A stretch of 64,000 bases of DNA from an uncultured candidate division Zixibacteria bacterium (GTDB taxonomy: Bacteria > Zixibacteria > MSB-5A5 > UBA10806): contig CAWDFP010000006.1 in NCBI GenBank assembly GCA_963801605.1, forward strand, positions 1,152,001-1,216,000, given 5' to 3'. The notes beneath the pieces are model-generated. The model ran no database searches and had not been told where the DNA came from. It worked only from the letters and a program-made list of their open reading frames with translations. This document shows, piece after piece, positions 51,449-61,191 of this stretch. Both the position numbers and the translations under genes were made by a program. Every line of letters starts with the position of its first letter. Position 1 is the first letter of the stretch.

Positions 51449-52428
51449 AAAAGGTTACTTTTATAGATGCCATTACCGAGGCTATGGCCGAGGAAATGGA
51501 GCGGGACGAGAAGGTCTTTCTGATCGGGGAGGATATTGGCCTCTACGGCGGTGTATTCAAAGCCACCAAGGGCTTACAACAGCGTTTCGGAGTTGAACGA
51601 GTCATCGATTCCCCGATATCCGAAGTTTATATCGTTGGCGGTAGCGTTGGTGCGGCCATGGTTGGTATGCGTCCAGTGCCGGAAATACAATTTGCCGATT
51701 TTATCACCCCATCGATGGATCAAATCATTCAACAAGCAGCCAAAGTCCGCTATCGTACTGGTGGGCAATGGACCTGCCCCATGACCATAAGGGTTTGCTG
51801 TGGCGGAGAAGTAGGGGGAGGTCTTTATCACTCTCAAATTAATGAGCAGTGGTTTTTCTCGCAGCCGGGACTGGTTGTGGTTTTCCCGTCCACTCCGTAC
51901 GATGCCAAGGGACTGCTCAAATCGGCGATCAGGGGCAATGATCCAGTTATCTATTTCGAACACAAGAGGCTTTACCGTTCTGTAAAGGAAGATATCCCCG
52001 AAGAGGATTTTACCGTGCCAATCGGCAAAGCCGCCGTAAGAAAAGAGGGCAAGGATGTTACCCTCGTAGCCTACGGGCTTATGTGCCAGAAGTCGCTGGA
52101 GGCCATTCAGATGCTCGAAAAAGATGGTATTTCCGCCGAACTCATTGATATGCGTACGCTTCGTCCCTGGGATCGCGAGACGATTTACAATTCGATCAAG
52201 AAAACATCCAGGGTCATCCTGGTTCAGGAGAATTCCAAAACCGGCGGCGTTATGGCCGAGGTTTCCGCATCGATTATGGAAGAGGCTTTCGATTACCTGG
52301 ATGCTCCTGTTACCCGCGTCTGTGGTTTAGATGTTCCCATGCTGCCTTTTGCTCCTCCTATGGAGCATTTCTTCCTGCCCAATGCCGAGAAGATCACCAA
52401 GGCTGTTAAGAAGTTGATGGAGTATTGA
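51445..52428 (+). CDS. 2-oxoacid dehydrogenase E1 beta
   Basis: GEDIG...GGVFKAT, EIQFADF, GGLYHSQ, FEHKRLY. Confidence 0.92.
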   Translation: MKKVTFIDAITEAMAEEMERDEKVFLIGEDIGLYGGVFKATKGLQQRFGVERVIDSPISEVYIVGGSVGAAMVGMRPVPEIQFADFITPSMDQIIQQAAKVRYRTGGQWTCPMTIRVCCGGEVGGGLYHSQINEQWFFSQPGLVVVFPSTPYDAKGLLKSAIRGNDPVIYFEHKRLYRSVKEDIPEEDFTVPIGKAAVRKEGKDVTLVAYGLMCQKSLEAIQMLEKDGISAELIDMRTLRPWDRETIYNSIKKTSRVILVQENSKTGGVMAEVSASIMEEAFDYLDAPVTRVCGLDVPMLPFAPPMEHFFLPNAEKITKAVKKLMEY

Positions 52429-52446
52429 TATAGTGAAGGAGCCGAG

Positions 52447-53727
52447 ATGGAATACAAAGTAGTCGTACCGCCCCTGGGTGAATCAGTGGTCGAAGGGACC
52501 ATTGTCAAGTGGCTGAAAAATGAGGGAGATAAGGTCAAGGTTGATGAGCCATTGGTTGAAATCATGACCGATAAAATTAATGTCGAATTACCGTCACAGT
52601 ATAATGGGATAATGAAAAAGCATCTTATCTCACCCGATACCACTGTTGAAATCGGAACTGAAATCGCGATTATGGAGATCGAGGGTCAGGGAGCAGAGAC
52701 CAAAGCTTTCCAGGTCAAGCCCGATAGCGTCGAACACATTCCCGTCGAGCAAACCGCCAGCGCACCTCCGGAGGAGTTTGTCGGCACCGCAGCTCACCAC
52801 GAGCGAATGGGAATTCATGCCGATAAAGAGGCAATCGAATCCGGCATTAAAGCGGTGAAAACATCTCCTGTGGTCCGTCAACTGGCTCGCGAGCATTTTA
52901 TCGATTTGCGCCTGGTGCGGGGAACGGGAACAGGCAACCGCGTGAGCAAAGAAGACGTCTTAAAATATATACAGGGCCGTCACGATGTTGATAAGAAAAT
53001 TCCCGATTTCGCCTGGCCCAGCGGAGAGCCTGAGGAGATTATTCCGATTTCGGGAGTGCGCAAGGTTATTGCCGAACATATATCGAAATCTGCCTTTAGT
53101 ATTCCGCATGTCACCACCTTTGATGAGTGTGATATGTCTAAATTAGTCGACTGGCGGAAAAAATATGTCGATAAATTCCAGCAGGTCCATGGTGTTCGAA
53201 TCACCTATATGCCCTTCTTCGTAAAAGCTATTATTTATGCCGCCAGGGAATTCCCCTGGGTAAATGCTACTTTCGAAGATGATAAGATTCATATCAAACA
53301 ATATTTTAATATCGGGATGGCGGTGGCTCGTCAGAATTCGCTCATTGTTCCGGTGGTAAAACACTGTGAACAGAAATCGATCATCCAGATTGCCAAAGAG
53401 ATGCGTGATCTGGGAGATAAGGCCAATACCGATAAGTTATCTCTTGACGAGATTAGCGGCGGGACTTTTACTATCACCAACGCCGGCCTGTTCGGGGCGA
53501 CAGGCTCCACGCCTATAATCGTTCAACCGCAGGTTGCGATTTTGGGCGTACACATGATAAAAGAGCGACCGGTGGTAGTCGATGGTCAAATCGTTATTCG
53601 TCCGATACTGAATTTCGGACTTTCATTCGATCACCGTATCGTCGATGGCGCTTATGCGGTGCAATTTTTGCGGAAAATGATCACATTCTTGGAGGATCCA
53701 GATAGCTGGCTTATCGAGGTAAAATAA
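52447..53727 (+). CDS. Dihydrolipoamide acyltransferase E2
   Basis: Single lipoyl domain (MTDKINVE), E3-binding domain, DHRIVDG. Confidence 0.93.
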   Translation: MEYKVVVPPLGESVVEGTIVKWLKNEGDKVKVDEPLVEIMTDKINVELPSQYNGIMKKHLISPDTTVEIGTEIAIMEIEGQGAETKAFQVKPDSVEHIPVEQTASAPPEEFVGTAAHHERMGIHADKEAIESGIKAVKTSPVVRQLAREHFIDLRLVRGTGTGNRVSKEDVLKYIQGRHDVDKKIPDFAWPSGEPEEIIPISGVRKVIAEHISKSAFSIPHVTTFDECDMSKLVDWRKKYVDKFQQVHGVRITYMPFFVKAIIYAAREFPWVNATFEDDKIHIKQYFNIGMAVARQNSLIVPVVKHCEQKSIIQIAKEMRDLGDKANTDKLSLDEISGGTFTITNAGLFGATGSTPIIVQPQVAILGVHMIKERPVVVDGQIVIRPILNFGLSFDHRIVDGAYAVQFLRKMITFLEDPDSWLIEVK

Positions 53728-55133
53728 ATGGCAGATAAATTCAAGTTGGTTGTTATCGGGGCGGGACCGGGTGGATATGTGGCGGCTATCAGGGCCGCTC
53801 AACTTGGGTATTAAAACCGCTATAATTGAAAAAGAATATATTGGCGGGGTGTGCCTGAACTGGGGATGTATCCCATCGAAGGCGCTTCTCTATTTGGCCG
53901 AGCTCAAGCATTTGGTTGAGCAGTCGGAGCGAATTGGTTTAAAGGCTGAGAATGTCGGAATCGATATTGAAAAGCTCAAGAAACACAAAGAAGACACCGT
54001 CAAACGTCTCACCAGCGGTGTAAAAATCCTGCTCGATAAAGCGGGCGTTAAGATTTACAACGGCCAGGCTGCTTTTATATCGGATAAACAGATTGAGGTT
54101 ACCGGCAACGGGGGAGAAAAGACTCTTATCGATGCTGACAACTTCATCATTGCGACTGGATCTTCAACAGCCGATTTGCCCTTCTTGCGTATCGATGGAA
54201 AAAATGTCATCGGCGCCAGAGAAGCGATTGAATTGCCTCGCATACCTGAGCAAATGGGTATCATTGGCGCCGGTCCTATCGGCCTTGAAATGGCTACCGT
54301 TTACAGCGCTTTAGGTTCGAAAATCACAGTAATCGAGTTGTTAGGCGCGGTGTTGCCGACGCTTGATCAAGATATTTCAGCGGCTTCAGAGCGAGCATTG
54401 AGAAAACAGGGCATGGAGATTTATACCTCATCGCAGGTTAAGTCGGCCGAGCAAAAGGATGGAAAAATCATTTTAGAGGTCAAGACTCCTGATGGAGATA
54501 AATCCTTTTCCTTCGATATGGTTTTATTGGCCGTCGGTATGAAACCAAACTCCGCGTAATCTCAATCTCGAAAAAGCTGGGGTTAAAACCGATAATAAGG
54601 GTTTTATTGTAGTCGATAAGAAGATGCGAACCAGTATACCGAATATCTTCGCCATTGGTGATGTCGCCGGCGGCCTGCTGTTGGCTCATAAAGCCTCACA
54701 TGAGGGTATCGTAGCTGCCGAGGTTGTTGCGGGAGGCTTCGCCGAGGCCGATTGGAAGGGTGTTCCTTACGCTGTCTTTACTGAGCCGGAAATCGGGGGT
54801 ATCGGTCTGACGCAGCAGGAAGCGGTTGCGGCCGGCAAAAAGATAAAAATCGGGAAATTCCCCTATCGAGCAATCGGACGTGGTATCGCTACGTTAGCTA
54901 CCGACGGCTTTGCCAAGGTTATCTCAGATGAGGAAACCGATGAGATTCTAGGGATTCATGTCTTCGGGCCGCATTCTGGAGATATAGTTTTTGCCGGCAC
55001 CGCCTTGTTGGAATTTGATGGCACTTCAGAGGACCTGGGGCATTTGATGGCTATTCACCCTACTCTATCCGAGGCCTTGATGGAGGCCGGTTTGAACGTT
55101 CACAAGAGGGCAATTCATATCGTCAATATGTGA
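53728..55133 (+). CDS. lpdA: Dihydrolipoamide dehydrogenase E3; two +1 frameshifts (near 53805 and 54557)
   Basis: ATG 53728 MADKFKLVVIGAGPGGYVAAIRAAQLG, then GGVCLNWGCIPSK, GAGPIG, HPTLSE; span 3n+2, giving about 467 aa. Confidence 0.9.
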
Positions 55134-55313
55134 AATAGGGGAACAGGATTTGCCAGGCGGACATTGGATATTTCCAGCGGATTATGAAACCGGGATTATC
55201 ATTGATAGTCCCGGTAATTATTTGGGATAAATTGAAAATAAAATATCCTTTTCCAAATTGCGCTGTTTACCCTTATGATAAAAAGGTAGAATCTGGAAAG
55301 ATGAGGAGTATTT

Positions 55314-56024
55314 ATGCCCGATATTGAGAATGAAGCTCTGCATATCGAAAAGCATTTCGGGGCCAGTGAAACGGTGCGCGATATTGTTATTGGGATGTCT
55401 GATGGCCTGACAGTGCCGTTTGCTCTGGCTGCCGGTTTATCGGGCGCGGTAGCGTCTACAGGAATTGTGGTTACGGCCGGATTAGCCGAGATTGCAGCAG
55501 GTTCGATTGCCATGGGGTTGGGTGGTTTTCTGGCTGCCCGAGTCGATATCGAGCACTTCGCCGCTGAACGGCGAAGAGAATACGACGAAATTGAAAAATT
55601 GCCCGATGTCGAAACAAAAGAGGTAGCCGATATCTTCCGCGGTTACGGAATGCAGGAAAGCGAGATAGAGCCGGTTGTTAAGGCTATTAAGTCCGATCCC
55701 GCCAAATGGGTTGATTTCATGATGCGGTTTGAACTTGGCCTGGAAGAGCCAAATGCTACTCGCGCCAAATTCAGCGCTCTTACAATTGCCTTATCATACA
55801 TAGTTGGAGGTCTCGTTCCTCTTGCCTCATATATATTTATAGGGAATATTAAGACAGCGCTTTATGTTTCAATAGTAATAACGTTAGCCGCCCTTTTCAT
55901 TTTTGGCTATGTCAAAGGACATTTTACGGGGCTCAGCCCCTGGCGCTCGGCATTTCAGACCATAGTTGTAGGTGGATTGGCTGCCACAGCGGCATTTATT
56001 ATTGCCAGGCTAATCAGCGATTAG
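55314..56024 (+). CDS. VIT1/CCC1-family Fe/Mn transporter
   Basis: RDIVIGMSDGLTVPFALAAG, AGSIAMGLGG, MMRFELG. Confidence 0.92.
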   Translation: MPDIENEALHIEKHFGASETVRDIVIGMSDGLTVPFALAAGLSGAVASTGIVVTAGLAEIAAGSIAMGLGGFLAARVDIEHFAAERRREYDEIEKLPDVETKEVADIFRGYGMQESEIEPVVKAIKSDPAKWVDFMMRFELGLEEPNATRAKFSALTIALSYIVGGLVPLASYIFIGNIKTALYVSIVITLAALFIFGYVKGHFTGLSPWRSAFQTIVVGGLAATAAFIIARLISD

Positions 56025-56177
56025 TCTCGGCTCGAGCGATTCCGGTCTCGAATATTGATCTTCCTAAACGGCACGGTAAAATAAATAAAAATTGCTTGCC
56101 AGATGCTTCGTGTGGTGTTATTTTAAGTCTGAGTTATTTTCTTCGTTATTTTGGCTCTTTAGGAAAACTTAAGTCTG

Positions 56178-56663
56178 ATGGAAAAATCATTCGTTGGCGA
56201 TCCTGTCCAATGGCCCGGATTGGTATATTCGCCCTTAAATAGCGCCGGACTTCTTTTTGCTTTGGGAGCAATTGCCGGGTCAGCCGGTTTGTTATTCGAG
56301 GAGTTTCAAGACGATTGTCAGACTGCGATATGCAGGCGCAAGACAGCAACCGGCTGGGAACGGCTCAAGGTCGCATTTGCCGTTAAAAGCTCATCTTACT
56401 ATGATTCATCCGATGATATTGATCTTTTAATATGCTGGGTAGATGATGCTCCCGATACAATCCGTATACCGCGGCTGGCTCTATCGCAATCGGCGTTAGT
56501 GACGCAAAATCGTGCTGAGCAGCCGGCAAAGGTCAAAGGGATCGAATCTATTCTGCCAGATGGAGCTGCGGAGGATCTAATGGAACGCGGCCGCAGCCAT
56601 GAATCGTATGAGGAGACTGTCAAGTTACTTGATGAGCAGATAAAAAAGCTGCAAAACAATTAA
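56178..56663 (+). CDS. Hypothetical protein, possibly degenerate restriction-endonuclease-like fold
   Basis: GDP...GLVYSPLN...GWERLKVAF.VKSS...DLLICW pattern. Confidence 0.5.
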   Translation: MEKSFVGDPVQWPGLVYSPLNSAGLLFALGAIAGSAGLLFEEFQDDCQTAICRRKTATGWERLKVAFAVKSSSYYDSSDDIDLLICWVDDAPDTIRIPRLALSQSALVTQNRAEQPAKVKGIESILPDGAAEDLMERGRSHESYEETVKLLDEQIKKLQNN

Positions 56664-56835
56664 TAATCGCTTGCAAAGGCAGGTTCGATCGGCCATAATA
56701 ATATTACTTTTGGAGCTTCACCAAAGGTACTTGGTTGGGAATTAATTTAGCCGACAAATCCATGTAAGTTGGCTAAAACCGCAAAATTGGGATATGAAAA
56801 TAAAATCCATAAAATTTAAAGAACGGAGATCCATC

Positions 56836-59026
56836 ATGTTGAGGAGAGAAGCATTCCGGGCAATATTGGTGATATTGGGCTTGGTCTGTTTTATTGGACT
56901 CCCATCCTTGTCTTTAGCGCAGGATCCGGGCATTCAGGATTCTATGATTATCGGTAAGCTGGATAGAACGCCAATTCTGGCGGGTCTGAACATGCAGATC
57001 CTCGTGCCGGTTTATTTGCGAACCGATGATTCGATTACATTCCTGCACATTCCGGTGGCTACCGATGATGATTTTATCGCGACTCGCGATGGCGGAATTC
57101 TATATCCGCCTCTTTCGCTGTGGGACGATAAATCATTTCTGGCCCCCGATCCTAATAGTCCCAGGGTAGGCTCTACGAATCAAAGCATTCTTGGATTTGC
57201 CTATCTCCAGGATCCCCGAGATCCCCAGAATTTTCTCTATACCAATAATCAGTGGGTACATATCGCCGATTTTCGGATGACGACCACCAACAATATCGCG
57301 GTTTTGGGTGATACCACCCAGTTTGTCATGGGCCGCAATCCCGCCAATGATACTTTGGTAATGGGTCTTCAGGATGGTGTCACTGAGGTTCATCCTGCCG
57401 TGATCTGGGGCAAAATTTATTTCCCGCCGAACACTCCGCCCGCATTTACCGGTCCGGTTGCAGGTACTTATCCGGTTAATGAGCAGTTTGGAGCGACTTT
57501 CGTTGTTACTGCCGTTGACCCCGACACCGATAGCATGGTCTTAACAGTTGATTTCGGTCCGACCGACTACACTTTCCAGCAATTGCAGAATGTCCCCGGA
57601 ACAATTTCGTATTTATTTAGCTGGGTGCCCGCCCCCGGAAGCGCCGGGACATATCCTCTTACATTTATTGTCAACGATGGCAACGGCGGTGTAATACCGC
57701 TGCAACTCACTCTCGAAGTAACGCCTGCCGGGCTTACCATCGGCAGTATGAACGCCATGCCGGGAGGCACTGTATCTATTCCGGTCGTGCTTGATAATCA
57801 GGGCAGTTCATCGGCAGTTGGGGCGTTCGAGGTGATGGTTAGCTGGAATCCCGAAGCTTTATCGCTTAATGGTGTGACACGCGCCGGACGAACAGGTAGT
57901 TTCGAATATTTCCATATAAACAGGGACGAGGGCGGACCTGGAACCGTAAAAATTGTGGGGGTTGCCGATCTCAGAAATGGCATAGTTTCGCCTCCCATGC
58001 AACCTGGCATTGGCCCGATCTTTATGCTCGATATGTCAGTTGCTCCGGATGAAAACCTGATTGGAGTTGATCTTCCGATTCCATTCTTAAATCTCGATCC
58101 CACCGATAATACCGTTTCTGATTCAACGGGTTACCTTCTCATTCGTCCCAACCTTACCAATGGATTACTCACTATTATCGGTCCGGAAGAGGTTTTATTG
58201 GGCGATATTAACCTCAACGGTTTGCCCTGCGAGGGCGGAGATATAGTTCTCTTTGTCAATCACCTGACCAATCGCATAGCGTTCCCCTTCAATGCCGTTC
58301 AGCGGGCAGCCTCCGACGTTAACGCCGATGGTCTTCCGGAAACGGTGGCCGATCTGATTTACACAATTAATATATTCAATGGCAATATCCAGCAGCCAAA
58401 GCTTGAAATAAACCCAGGCCTGCTCAATCTTAAAATGCTTAGCCAAAACGGCTCCACACAGTTTATTGCCCAATCACAGAGCGCGATCGGCGCTGTCTTG
58501 TTCAATCTTGCTCACGAACCCGGCGCGACGCTCACGCCTGTATCGAACGGCGCCTTCACGCTGGCATTCAATGATGACGGCAAAGTCCTCACTGTGCTTG
58601 CCTACCTGCCCAATTTGACCGAAGGCGGAGCTCCAACAGGCGAATGTGGACTTTTCACCGTAAACGGCAATTTCACCGAGGCCAATGTCACCGAGCTTTC
58701 AGCATCGAACGCTTATGGTTATTTGATGGAAGCGGGAGTTGTGCCTACAACCTACCAGCTTTCGCAGAACTATCCCAATCCGTTCAATGCCACCACAAAG
58801 ATCGAATTTGCGATGCCTGAGGCCGGCCATGTACGCCTCGATATTTACAGCGTCAGCGGCCAAAAGGTTTGCACTCTTATCGATGAAAACCGCAACGCGG
58901 GTTTCTACGGTGTGGTTTGGGATGGTACCGATAACGCCAATAATATTGTATCATCCGGTACCTATTTCTATCGGTCTGGCAACCGGAAGCGATGTTCGCG
59001 CCATGAAGATGACATTACTCAAGTAG
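56836..59026 (+). CDS. Secreted multidomain protein: cadherin/Ig-like, cohesin-like, dockerin-like, T9SS CTD; +1 frameshift near 58975
   Basis: Signal peptide; NTPPAF...DPDTD; VSIPVVLDN...VSWNPEALSL; GDINLNG and SDVNADG..VADL; LSQNYPNPFN...YFYR|LATGSDVRAMKMTLLK*. Confidence 0.8.
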
Positions 59027-59048
59027 TAGATTTCGCGATCCAAAATAT

Positions 59049-59082
59049 AAGCCGGGGTTCAATCTCGAATCCCGGTTTTTTT
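59049..59082 (+). terminator. Terminator
   Basis: gccggggttc/gaatcccggt followed by a T-run; its position supports the true stop at 59026. Confidence 0.75.
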
Positions 59083-59101
59083 ATTTGGGCATTTTAATAA
59101 T

Positions 59102-59136
59102 CAAGAGGCCGGAAAGGGGGATGCTCCGGCCTCTTG
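59102..59136. terminator. Stem-loop between convergent genes
   Basis: caagaggccgga/tccggcctcttg perfect 12-bp stem. Confidence 0.65.
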
Positions 59137-59147
59137 CATAAGGGGGG

Positions 59148-59696
59148 TTACGCTTGGGAGAATACAGATCGAATACTATCTAAAACAATTTTAGTGGTTG
59201 AGCTCTTTTTCGGCGCCTCGTACCCTACTCGCCGTACCTTGAACGCCGGAAGATTGACCACATAGGTCACCTGCCCGATATGATGAGTCTCGTGCATATA
59301 GCTGTAAGCCAGATGCTGCCCAACACTATCAAATTGCCCTCTGCTGGGGCGCGAAAGAAGCGAGGGGTCGCACTGCTTCAAAAGCTGATCGGTTAATAGT
59401 TCGAGTTTCATAAAACGCGTCATAAGCTGTTTGGGTTGAGGATAAATCGATTGGTCGCTTGAGGGCTTGGTGCCGCGGGCAAAGAGATCGCCTAAATCGC
59501 GGGTGGACGGGTCACCTCCGAGAAGTTCGATAATCTCACCACGATTGAGTACAATATGGCCCACTAACCAGATCAAGGGATTGCCGCGCCCTTCCGGTCT
59601 GATGAAAAACTTATCCGACGAAACACCGTCCAATGTTCGTGCCAGATAGGCAAGATTAAATTTTAGCAACTCGGCAAAAAGACCCGTTGTGAACAT
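59148..59696 (-). CDS. DinB/YfiT-family protein
   Basis: NPLIWLVGH and HETHHIGQ metal-binding motifs; RBS gaggggag. Confidence 0.85.
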   Translation of the reverse strand: MFTTGLFAELLKFNLAYLARTLDGVSSDKFFIRPEGRGNPLIWLVGHIVLNRGEIIELLGGDPSTRDLGDLFARGTKPSSDQSIYPQPKQLMTRFMKLELLTDQLLKQCDPSLLSRPSRGQFDSVGQHLAYSYMHETHHIGQVTYVVNLPAFKVRRVGYEAPKKSSTTKIVLDSIRSVFSQA

Positions 59697-59925
59697 AATG
59701 ACTCCCCTCATTTTCATCTAATGAGCTAATATGATTCGCTGGATATACATATAAAATCCGTGCCAAACCGTTTCAAAATGCATTGCCTGCAATCTGCCGT
59801 TATCCTGCAACGGGTTACAATTGCCGATAAAAAAGAGGGAAAGGCTTTAGCAGTTCAAGTATGGAACAGGAAGCTTAAAAAATCAACAATTGAGAATTGG
59901 CACATTTTTGCGGTCATTGTAGATA

Positions 59926-59943
59926 TTGTGATATTTTTCACCA
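59926..59943. promoter_or_regulatory. Rex/CRP-like operator upstream of ald
   Basis: TTGTGAT-ATTT-TTCACCA, 2 mismatches to TTGTGAA-N4-TTCACAA. Confidence 0.5.
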
Positions 59944-60060
59944 AAAAACCTTGCGGCGATACTTACATTTGTATAAACTATTGAGGTCAAATGTGACGGG
60001 CTGGGGTTTTGGGAAGATGATGATCTACAACGATTAATCCTGACTGCCCAAGGAGAAGCT

Positions 60061-61191
60061 ATGGATATCAGTATTGCTAAAGAAGTATCGTTAAACGAAA
60101 GCCGCGTGGCGCTGACTCCCGCTGCCGTCCGCACTTTGGTTCGGTTCGGTCATAACGTATATGTTGAAAGTTGTGCCGGATTGGCTGCCGGATTTACCGA
60201 TGAGATGTTTGCCAGCGTCGGCGCTAAAGTTGTTTTTTCCAAAGATGAGGCTTTCAAACGCTGCAAACTTCTTCTTAAGATATTTCCTCCCAGCTTAGAG
60301 GAATATCAGCTTCTCACTGAAGATCAAATTATCTTCTCGTTTTTGCACTTGGTGGCCGCGCATGAGGAGGGTGTTAAAATCCTTCGCGAACGCCATATCA
60401 CTGCGATCGGCATGGAGACAATCGAGGACATGCACGGCAATCTGCCCGTTCTGACTCCTATGTCGGAATTAGCCGGCCAGATGGCATTGCCGTTAGCGAG
60501 CCTGTATCTTTCAAATATCGGCGGCGGGCGCGGTATTCTACTGGGTGGCGCCGCTGGAGTACCCCCGGCTACGGTCACAATTCTAGGAGCAGGCATTGTT
60601 GGCCTCAATGCCGCCCGTACCGCTCGTGGAATGGGCTGTAACGTCATCCTCATCGATTCCAGCCTCGAACGACTGCGTTATGCCAATGATCTTTTCTGCA
60701 AGCAGATTGTAACCTATATGCCCAACCGCTTTAATCTCGAAAAAATTCTGCCATTTTCCGATGTTGTTATCGGGGCAGTGCTTATTCACGGCGAGATAAC
60801 TCCGAAACTGGTACCAGATGAGATTGTCAGTACTATGAAGCCGGGAACGGTTATAATGGATGTGTCGATTGATCAGGGTGGATGTTTCGAAACGTCGCAT
60901 CCCACCAACTGGGCATCGCCCACATATAAAGTGCATGGGGTAACTCATTTCTGTGTTCCCAATATGCCCTCAAATGTTGGCCGTACAGCCACCTATGCTC
61001 TGGTAAACGCCTCCCTTCCTTACATTGCCGCTATCGCCAATAATGGGTTGGTGAAGGCATTCAATGATGATTCCGGATTGGCGAGAGGCGTCTATACTTA
61101 TCGGGGCAAGGTAACCAATCTTTCGCTCGCCAAACGTTTTAACTTGAGCCAAACTCCTCTCTATGAATTGTTTGCCGGAGGAACAGAGTGA
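60061..61191 (+). CDS. ald: Alanine dehydrogenase
   Basis: ESRVALTP, FSFLHL, LTPMSELAG, GAGIVG, DQGGCFETS, VPNMP. Confidence 0.93.
   Translation: MDISIAKEVSLNESRVALTPAAVRTLVRFGHNVYVESCAGLAAGFTDEMFASVGAKVVFSKDEAFKRCKLLLKIFPPSLEEYQLLTEDQIIFSFLHLVAAHEEGVKILRERHITAIGMETIEDMHGNLPVLTPMSELAGQMALPLASLYLSNIGGGRGILLGGAAGVPPATVTILGAGIVGLNAARTARGMGCNVILIDSSLERLRYANDLFCKQIVTYMPNRFNLEKILPFSDVVIGAVLIHGEITPKLVPDEIVSTMKPGTVIMDVSIDQGGCFETSHPTNWASPTYKVHGVTHFCVPNMPSNVGRTATYALVNASLPYIAAIANNGLVKAFNDDSGLARGVYTYRGKVTNLSLAKRFNLSQTPLYELFAGGTE

Noticed and set aside
53728..55133. lpdA as a pseudogene
   Set aside because: All catalytic motifs are intact, and removing two single bases gives a normal-length E3 in a complete operon.
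59897..59911. Sigma54 promoter TTGGCACATTTTTGC upstream of ald
   Set aside because: GG-to-GC spacing is 9 nt rather than the required 10; it would only hold if a T was lost from the run.
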